From NCBI GenBank assembly GCA_045862955.1, contig BTVI01000029.1:1-42202 (forward strand): 42,202 bases of DNA, given 5' to 3'. A program made the translations under genes and the position numbers. Position 1 is the stretch's first letter, and each line of letters starts with the position of its first letter. Below the pieces are notes generated by a model. It was not told the origin of the DNA, ran no database searches, and saw only the letters and a program-made list of their open reading frames with translations. Of this stretch, positions 35,693-42,202 are shown one piece after another. The DNA comes from Fimbriimonadales bacterium. GTDB taxonomy: Bacteria; Armatimonadota; Fimbriimonadia; Fimbriimonadales; JABRVX01.

Positions 35693-38600
35693 TCACGCGA
35701 CGCCTGCAGGCTCAGCAGAGCCGTCGCCGGCGAGCCATGGGAGCCGACGGCGCAGTCGTGCCTTCGCGTTCTCGAGCGCCAGGTACGCCGCTGGAAGGAC
35801 GAGGAGAGTGAACAGGGTGGATGAGATCAGGCCGCCAATCATCACGATCGCGAGCGGCTTCTCGATCTCCGCCCCGACTCCGCCGCTGAGCAAGATAGGG
35901 ACGAGGCCCAACGCGGCACAGGTGGCCGTCATCAGCTTCGGTCGGAGCCGCTGAACCGCGGCGAGACGGATGGCCTGCTCGTTCGTGTGGCCCTCTACCG
36001 TGAAGCCTCTCGTCTGGGTGAGGAGGACCAGGCTGTTCTGCACCGCAATGCCGAACAGCGCGATGAAGCCGACTGCGGAGGATACGTTCAGGCTCTCACC
36101 CGTGATCAGCAGGGACACGACCCCACCGAGGAATGCACTGGGCACGGTGGCGAGGATGATCGCCGCGTATGACAGGGAGCCCAATGCAGCATACAGAAGC
36201 ATGAAGACAATGGCAAGCGCTACGGCGGTAGCGAGCATTAGGGAGCGCATGGCTCTCTGCTGGTTCTCGTAGTGACCGCCGAACACCACGAAGTACTCGG
36301 GCGGGAGGTCCACCTGCGACAGCCCCTGTTTGATATCCCGCACTATGCTCCCGAGATCTCGTCCCTGGATGCTCGCATCTATGCTGACCCGTCGGTTCAT
36401 CGCTTCGCGCCAGATCACGTTCGGGCCCTCCGATACCGTCACCTGGGCGACCTGTGAGAGCGGGACCTGCCTACCCGAAGGGGTGTCCACCATCATGTTT
36501 GCTATGGACTCCGGGTTGCCGCGAACGGACTCGTCGAATCGAACGAACACTCCGTAGCTGCGCTGGTCCTTCCACACCTGAGTAAGTTCTTCGCCGCCGA
36601 TGGCCAGCCGAACGACTTCGGAGACGTGCTCGACGGAGACTCCATGTCTGGCGGCCGCCTGCCTGTCAATCTGGATCTGGAGTTGCGGAATGCCCGCAAC
36701 CTGCTCCATCCGCACATCTGTGACCCCGCTCGTACGGCTGACCACCTGCAGAATCTCCCTCCCTTTAGCAGCCAGCACCCGCATGTCGGGACCGAAGAGC
36801 TTCACCTGCAGTGGCGCGGGCGTTCCCTCGGTGCTCTCGTTGATCTTGTTCTGCAGCGGCTCGGTGAATGCCACGGCGACGCCCGGGACACGGTGGAGCT
36901 CGCGGCGTATGTCCGCGAGAATCTGCTCAGCGGGTGCGGTAAGTTGGTTGCGGGGCTTGAGGTTGACGAGCATCTCTCCAGAGTTGACAGGCAACACGCA
37001 GCCGATCGCTCTTTCCGAACGCCCGTTGCGACGGACGACCTCGGCGACGTTGGGGTTTCGGAGCAGGACTTCCTCGATCTGAGACGTGATCCGGCTGTTT
37101 TCCTCCAGGGAGGTTTCAGGCGGGGTCACGGTCGAGACGAGCCACGAGCCTTCGTCCATCTTCGGCATGAAGTCCCTACCCACCGCCATGAGGCCTAGCG
37201 CCGACGGTATCAGCACCCCGATCGCGATCAACAGAACCTGCCGTCGGTGTGTCAGTGCGTAGTCCAGCGCGGGCCCGTAGAGCCGTTTGACCCAGCGCAT
37301 AAAGCGGACCTCGCCATCCGTCGCATCGCTCATCTTGGGGTTCAGCACTCGCGCCGCCATCGTGGGAGTGACAGTCAGTGACACCACGAGAGCAGCGAGC
37401 ATCGCCGCACTCACGGTCACCGCGAGCGGTCGAAACAACAGCCCCTCGATGCCACTCATCATGAACAGCGGCACAAACACTGCGATGATAATGAGCGTCG
37501 CGAAGGCGATGGGCCGACCCACCTCTATTGCCGCTCGGTGGGCGACGCGTTCCTTGTGCGTGGGATCGCCGATGTTTGCACGGCTTTGGTAGAGACGGTG
37601 GTAGATGTTCTCCACCATGATGATGGAAGCGTCAACCATGATACCGACGGCTATCGCGAGGCCGCCCAGCGACATCGTGTTCAGCCCTACTCCGAACCAC
37701 TTCATTACGTTTGCCGCAATGACTACCGAGAGTGGTAGCGATATTGCAACGACGAAGGTGCTGCGCAAGTGGCCCAAGAATGCCAGCAGGACGAGGATCA
37801 CTAACACCGAACCCGTCAGGATGGCCCTGGACACGCTCGACAGCGAATGGGTGATGAGCCGAGTCTGGTCGTAGTAGGGTACCAGCCTGACGCCGGCGGG
37901 CAACGTTGCACGTAGGTCGTCGAGAGCCTTCTCGATGCCCGCCACCACCTGCATGGTGTCTGCTTCGGGCTGCTTGATGACGAGCGCGACGACGGTCTCC
38001 TTGCCATTCCTGCTGGCGATGCCACGCCGAATCGCGGTTCCCTCCCGGACCTCTGCCACATCCCGGAGCAGCAGAGGCACGCCGTTCGCTTCGGCGATCA
38101 CCGTGTCCTCGATATCGGCGACGGAGTCGAAGCGTCCGATGCCGCGGACGGAGTACTCGGTGGGCCCAGTGCTTATGAACCCCCCGGAGGCATTCTCGTT
38201 GCCGCTGCGGATCGCCGCTTCCACCTGCGAGAGTGAGACGCCGTAGGCTCTCATTCTAGCCGGGTCCAGGGCCACGCGAAACTGACGCATATTACCACCC
38301 ATGTTGAGCACTTCGGCGACACCCTGAACCGTCAAGAGGCTGGGGCGAATCCGCCACTCCGCAATCTCTCGCAGATCGGTCGGTGGGAGGCTACCTTCGA
38401 TCGCGAACTCGTACACCTCCGCTAGTCGCGTGGTCGCACTGCTCAGAGTAGCAGGCTCCGTGCCGGGTGGAAGCTGCGGTGTGACCTGGGACATGCGCTC
38501 CGAGACGAACTGCCGAGCACGCCAGAACTCGGTCTCGAGTCCAAACTCGACAATGACGGATGACAGGCCCTGAGTAGTCTGTGAGCGCACGCGTCGCACG

Positions 38601-38854
38601 CCGGGGAGTCCGTTCATAGCAGCCTCCATCGGTCGCGTGATCATCACCTCTACCTCTTCAGGTGCCATAGCTTCGTTTTCTGTAACGATAGTGAACACCG
38701 GAATCGTAATCTCCGGATATACGTTCCGCGGCATCTGCTCGAATGCCAACACGCCGAAGACTAGTGCTATCGCTACCAGCATGAGAACGACGACCCTCTG
38801 CTGAAAGGAGAAGTGAATAACCTTGTCTATCAGGCTTCCGTGTGACGAGTCCAT
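35693..38854 (-). CDS. Heavy-metal efflux RND transporter permease (CusA/CzcA family)
   Basis: 1053 aa with APEEVE..ITRPME, NTMSLGGLAIAVGIMVDASIIMVEN, EGLLFRPLA, FMPKMDEG, VGFIALFGIAVQN and RLRPKLMT. Confidence 0.96.
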   Translation of the reverse strand: MDSSHGSLIDKVIHFSFQQRVVVLMLVAIALVFGVLAFEQMPRNVYPEITIPVFTIVTENEAMAPEEVEVMITRPMEAAMNGLPGVRRVRSQTTQGLSSVIVEFGLETEFWRARQFVSERMSQVTPQLPPGTEPATLSSATTRLAEVYEFAIEGSLPPTDLREIAEWRIRPSLLTVQGVAEVLNMGGNMRQFRVALDPARMRAYGVSLSQVEAAIRSGNENASGGFISTGPTEYSVRGIGRFDSVADIEDTVIAEANGVPLLLRDVAEVREGTAIRRGIASRNGKETVVALVIKQPEADTMQVVAGIEKALDDLRATLPAGVRLVPYYDQTRLITHSLSSVSRAILTGSVLVILVLLAFLGHLRSTFVVAISLPLSVVIAANVMKWFGVGLNTMSLGGLAIAVGIMVDASIIMVENIYHRLYQSRANIGDPTHKERVAHRAAIEVGRPIAFATLIIIAVFVPLFMMSGIEGLLFRPLAVTVSAAMLAALVVSLTVTPTMAARVLNPKMSDATDGEVRFMRWVKRLYGPALDYALTHRRQVLLIAIGVLIPSALGLMAVGRDFMPKMDEGSWLVSTVTPPETSLEENSRITSQIEEVLLRNPNVAEVVRRNGRSERAIGCVLPVNSGEMLVNLKPRNQLTAPAEQILADIRRELHRVPGVAVAFTEPLQNKINESTEGTPAPLQVKLFGPDMRVLAAKGREILQVVSRTSGVTDVRMEQVAGIPQLQIQIDRQAAARHGVSVEHVSEVVRLAIGGEELTQVWKDQRSYGVFVRFDESVRGNPESIANMMVDTPSGRQVPLSQVAQVTVSEGPNVIWREAMNRRVSIDASIQGRDLGSIVRDIKQGLSQVDLPPEYFVVFGGHYENQQRAMRSLMLATAVALAIVFMLLYAALGSLSYAAIILATVPSAFLGGVVSLLITGESLNVSSAVGFIALFGIAVQNSLVLLTQTRGFTVEGHTNEQAIRLAAVQRLRPKLMTATCAALGLVPILLSGGVGAEIEKPLAIVMIGGLISSTLFTLLVLPAAYLALENAKARLRRRLPWLAGDGSAEPAGVA

Positions 38855-38862
38855 GTGTCCTC

Positions 38863-40395
38863 CTAGTGGCCGTCCGCACAGCCGGCCTGCAGGCTGCCGG
38901 AGCTGAATGCGGCATTAAGCTGGTAGGCACCGGTCGTTACCACGATGGCCCCTGGTTCTAAGCCCTGAAGGACCGCGACCATATCGCCCTGTCGGGGCCC
39001 GAGCGTTACCTCGCGACGATCGTAGCCACCACACTCGCTTCTGCCCGTCGCCTTGTCTTCTGCGCAGTCCATGCATGCCGCGAAGACGATCTTCTTCCCC
39101 GCATCATCGAGAATGGCTCGGTGCGGGATCAGCACGGAAGCGCCACGATTACCGATGAGGAGGGATACGCTGGCAAACATGCCCCCTCGAAGCATGCCAC
39201 CAGAGTTCGGGACAACGCACCTCACCTTGACAGTCCTCGAGTCAGAGCTGAGCAAGTCACCGATGGATGCCACCTTCCCTCGCAGCACGCGTTCCGGATA
39301 TGCATCGAGCCGAATCTCGGCAGGCTGCCCCAGCCGAACGCGCCCGAGGTCCTTCTCATACACCTCAGCCTCCACCCACACCTGAGAGAGGTCAGCCACC
39401 GTGAACAACGCGGTGGCCGGCGTAACTGCCTCCCCCACGTTCGCATCGCGTGCAACGATGCGACCGCGAGTCGGCGACACGATACTCAGCGTATCACCCT
39501 TGCCCGATAAGTCCCCGCCGAGCACGCGGATCCTCTCTGCTGCAGCCTGAACATCGAGGCGAGCGCTCTCGACGGCGGCGCGCGCAGCGAGCAGTGCCCG
39601 GTCGTCAACCAATCTCCCTGCGAGCACCCGCTCTTCTCGAGCTAGGTACTGCTTGGCAATCTCGACCTTGGACCGGGCCGTCTCGATGCGGTTCTCGGCC
39701 CGTGCTACTCCTGCCCTGGCCGCATCCACAGCGGCGGTGTCTCGCCGGAACTCGGCTTCGGCCGTTTCCACCTCTTGCTTGGAAACGATTCGCTCGGCGA
39801 ACAGCTCGCGCGCACGCGTCAGGCGAGCCTTGCACTGTGTGAGTTCGCTCTCTGCGGCGGCAAGCTGCGCCTGTGCTTGAGCAAGCTCCGTCCTGCCTTC
39901 CGCTAGCTCACCCTCGGCGGCGAGGAGGTCGGCTCGCGCCTCCTCCACTGGGCGGGCACTGGCGGCGCCCAGGCGGGCGCTGCGCTGCTCGCGGTCCTCG
40001 TTTCTCTCGGCAGCGACGAGCTGGGCCAACGCCTGGCGATAGGCGGCCCGAGCTTCTGCAAGCTCCATGCTCGAGATCACTGCCAGGAGCTGGCCCGGGC
40101 GCACTGGGTCACCCACCGTTCCGTAGGCCGCGACTACCTTGCCTTCGATCCGCGGCGTGATCCTCACGAGCCTCTCGGGTGGGACCGTCACTCGACCCGC
40201 GGTCGTCAACACCTCCCACCCCTTACCTGCAATGGCTGGCGCCGTCTCGAGTCCGGCAATCTGCGGCGTAGCCAACGGCTCCTCGGACGATGGCTCGTTG
40301 GCTGTCGGCGGGGCCGACCGCTTGGCGACCAGATACGTGGTTCCGGCCGACAGCACCGCAACAATCACAGAAGTGACAACGGTCCACAGTTTCAC
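38863..40395 (-). CDS. RND periplasmic adaptor (CzcB/CusB-like) with long coiled coil and Cys insert
   Basis: N-terminal TM helix, ITPRIEG...GDPVRPGQ, IVSPTRG, ADLSQVWVEAEVYE, SRTVKVR and LRGGMF. GTG start behind GGAGG overlaps the TolC-family gene stop. Confidence 0.92.
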   Translation of the reverse strand: MKLWTVVTSVIVAVLSAGTTYLVAKRSAPPTANEPSSEEPLATPQIAGLETAPAIAGKGWEVLTTAGRVTVPPERLVRITPRIEGKVVAAYGTVGDPVRPGQLLAVISSMELAEARAAYRQALAQLVAAERNEDREQRSARLGAASARPVEEARADLLAAEGELAEGRTELAQAQAQLAAAESELTQCKARLTRARELFAERIVSKQEVETAEAEFRRDTAAVDAARAGVARAENRIETARSKVEIAKQYLAREERVLAGRLVDDRALLAARAAVESARLDVQAAAERIRVLGGDLSGKGDTLSIVSPTRGRIVARDANVGEAVTPATALFTVADLSQVWVEAEVYEKDLGRVRLGQPAEIRLDAYPERVLRGKVASIGDLLSSDSRTVKVRCVVPNSGGMLRGGMFASVSLLIGNRGASVLIPHRAILDDAGKKIVFAACMDCAEDKATGRSECGGYDRREVTLGPRQGDMVAVLQGLEPGAIVVTTGAYQLNAAFSSGSLQAGCADGH

Positions 40396-41627
40396 TTCGA
40401 CACCTCCGTCTCGTCCAATCCAACTGCCCACTCGAGCCTAGCCAGCGCCTTGGCGTGGTCGGCAAGCGCCGCGACGTACACGGCTCGGGTCCCCCGAAGC
40501 GTCCTCTGCGCCTCCAGGACCTCGAGATAGCTCGTTGCACCCTTTGAGTAGCCGGTCTCAGCCATGGAGGCCAGCTCCTCGGACTGCTTCAGAATCCCCG
40601 ACTCGTAGTCGTGCACGACCCGGGAGAGGGTGGTGACGGCAAGGTGGGCTCGGACCACGTCGAGTCGAATGTCGTTGGCGGTTGCCTCAAGCCGTCGCTG
40701 GCCAGCCTGCAGGGCACTCTGAGCGCTGCGTTCCTGGGCCTTGCGTGCTCCCCAATCCATGAAGGGCAGGGTGATGGCGATGGCAACGCCTGCGTCGCCG
40801 CCGGACTTGAGAGACCCCATGCGTGCCTGGAGGGCGATGTCTGGGAGTCCTTCGAGCCGAACGGCTCGAACTTCATGTACAGCGGCGGCCGCTGATGCCT
40901 CCGCGGCCAGCATCTCGGGCCGACGCGCCAGTGCCGCTTGTTGCAGTTCTTCGATGGGCGGCAAGTCAGCGGCGGGTACAGGCGGGTTGGAAACCGCAAA
41001 ATCCCCACCCTCGTGCCGGTTCATCAGAGTGGCCAGGACTGCCTTTGTATCTGCCAGCTCCAGTCGAGCTTGGGCAAGCTCCTGCTTCGCCCGGGCGATC
41101 TCGAGTTCTGTCTTCAGCACTTGTGACCCTGGCACGGTGCCTAGGTCGTACTGCTTCTGGACCGCCGCGCCCAAGGCACGCAAGTACTCCAGGTTATGCT
41201 CGCTCAGCTTCACTAGTTCTTGCGCGCGTGCTACGTCCCAGTAGGCTTGCTTGACCCGGAGGACGACCTCACGAAGCACGGCGTGCGTCTCGAAGGCGAC
41301 TAAGCGCGCCCTGCTTTCCGCAACAGCAGCTCTCACCGCGCGCGCACCGTTCAGCTCGAGCGGCTGCGCAAACAGGATGGCCGAATCGGATCCGGAGCTT
41401 CCGACCACGGTAGGTGAGAGCGTTGTCTCTGGATTGCGCAACTTGCCGGCACCACGCGCCAGCAGCCGCGCGGCATCGGCGGCGTGTCGGGCACCGCCTA
41501 CGGTCGGGTTGTTCGCAATCGCCTTATGGATAGCCTCAGAAAGGGAGAGCTCATCGGCAAGTGCAGCGTTGGGAAATACTGCTGCAAGTGCCGCCGCGAC
41601 GAGTCGCGGCAGATTCACTGTACGCAC
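40392..41627 (-). CDS. TolC-family outer membrane efflux protein (CzcC-like)
   Basis: Signal peptide, LSLSEAI..A..NNP, A..RRPE, ITLPFMD and Y..G..SYLEVLEAQR. SD GAGG precedes the GTG. Confidence 0.93.
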   Translation of the reverse strand: MRTVNLPRLVAAALAAVFPNAALADELSLSEAIHKAIANNPTVGGARHAADAARLLARGAGKLRNPETTLSPTVVGSSGSDSAILFAQPLELNGARAVRAAVAESRARLVAFETHAVLREVVLRVKQAYWDVARAQELVKLSEHNLEYLRALGAAVQKQYDLGTVPGSQVLKTELEIARAKQELAQARLELADTKAVLATLMNRHEGGDFAVSNPPVPAADLPPIEELQQAALARRPEMLAAEASAAAAVHEVRAVRLEGLPDIALQARMGSLKSGGDAGVAIAITLPFMDWGARKAQERSAQSALQAGQRRLEATANDIRLDVVRAHLAVTTLSRVVHDYESGILKQSEELASMAETGYSKGATSYLEVLEAQRTLRGTRAVYVAALADHAKALARLEWAVGLDETEVSK

Positions 41628-41698
41628 GTGGTTTACCTCACACTCGTGAATGTCAGGAACGGTCAACGCGCGAACGGCGCGACCGAGTCAGGCTTCTG

Positions 41699-41974
41699 TC
41701 AGGAGAGTGTTGAGGTCTCTGGGGGATGTACTAAGGGTTCGCGGAAATATGGTGGGCAAGGCACCGAAGGAACTGCAATGGGTGTGGCTCCCAACGGCTC
41801 TGCCACGTACTCGAACGCTACGCTCGGGACCGAGTCTACTGCAGTGTGACAGCAGCGCACGCAAGGCCTTCCCGCGTCTCCATGGCAGTCACCGCACGAC
41901 TCGAAGTGCCCCAACGCAAACACGCTTAGCGCGAGCGCCAGGACTACGAGGCAGGCGAGCCACCTGAACCACAT
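41699..41974 (-). CDS. Small exported Cys/His-rich protein upstream of the metal-efflux operon (CzcI/DUF2946-like)
   Basis: Signal-like MWFRWLACLVVLALALSVFA, HFESCGDCH, CVRCCH and a Pro-rich C-terminus ending LVHPPETSTLS. TAGAAT -10 upstream. Confidence 0.7.
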   Translation of the reverse strand: MWFRWLACLVVLALALSVFALGHFESCGDCHGDAGRPCVRCCHTAVDSVPSVAFEYVAEPLGATPIAVPSVPCPPYFREPLVHPPETSTLS

Positions 41975-42202
41975 GATCCTGCATCGTGGCACGATGGCGG
42001 GCGCGCCTCTATTCTACCTGGGTCTAAAGTCCCACGCCGGCACCCGGACTGACAAAGGTCGTAGCCCAGTTGTGTCACACGCGAGGCCCGTCGAGGCGGG
42101 GGTGCGACGACGGGCACGCCGCGTCAGAGTTCAGGGGGCATTGCGGGCGGAAACGGTCTGCTACCGCTTATCCATGTTGGGGGAGGTGGTGTCGTCCCAC
42201 CA

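Noticed and set aside
42180..42202. Terminal CCACCA as the 3' end of a tRNA or tmRNA
   Set aside because: No T-arm (GTTCRA) at the expected distance. It is only a short TGGTG/CACCA inverted repeat cut by the window edge.

Overview
A GC-rich bacterial chromosomal segment. Gene content (two PEP-CTERM proteins, a prepilin-type H-Xn-DG protein, futalosine-pathway mqnD, CIRCE-controlled groESL) suggests Armatimonadota; this is inference. Housekeeping genes are lexA, tsaE-tsaB, PMM/PGM, mqnD, tRNA-Ile(GAT), purF-purM, pepC-like peptidase and groES-groEL. They are interleaved with signalling genes (GGEEF diguanylate cyclase, PAS-HisKA_3/NarL pair), GH29 and GH20 glycosidases, a GxxExxY nuclease-like gene, an orphan N6-adenine methyltransferase, several palindromic repeat arrays and a heavy-metal RND (czcCBA-like) operon. 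The most notable unexplained signals are: (1) purF has no ATG/GTG/TTG upstream of its catalytic Cys and appears to start at AUC; (2) both PEP-CTERM genes have sigma70 promoters followed by long (about 220 and 330 nt) highly structured leaders, candidate novel cis-regulatory RNAs; (3) an orphan consensus promoter drives a possible three-way-junction small RNA opposite purF; (4) a small Cys/His-rich exported ORF ending in HPP precedes the metal-efflux operon, a candidate metal-sensing arrest/leader peptide, and the adaptor subunit has unusual Cys motifs; (5) a free-standing restriction-modification C-terminal-tail ORF runs into the tRNA gene; (6) many genes appear leaderless. No CRISPR-Cas, transposase or integrase was found. 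All calls come from reading the sequence by eye, with no database searches.
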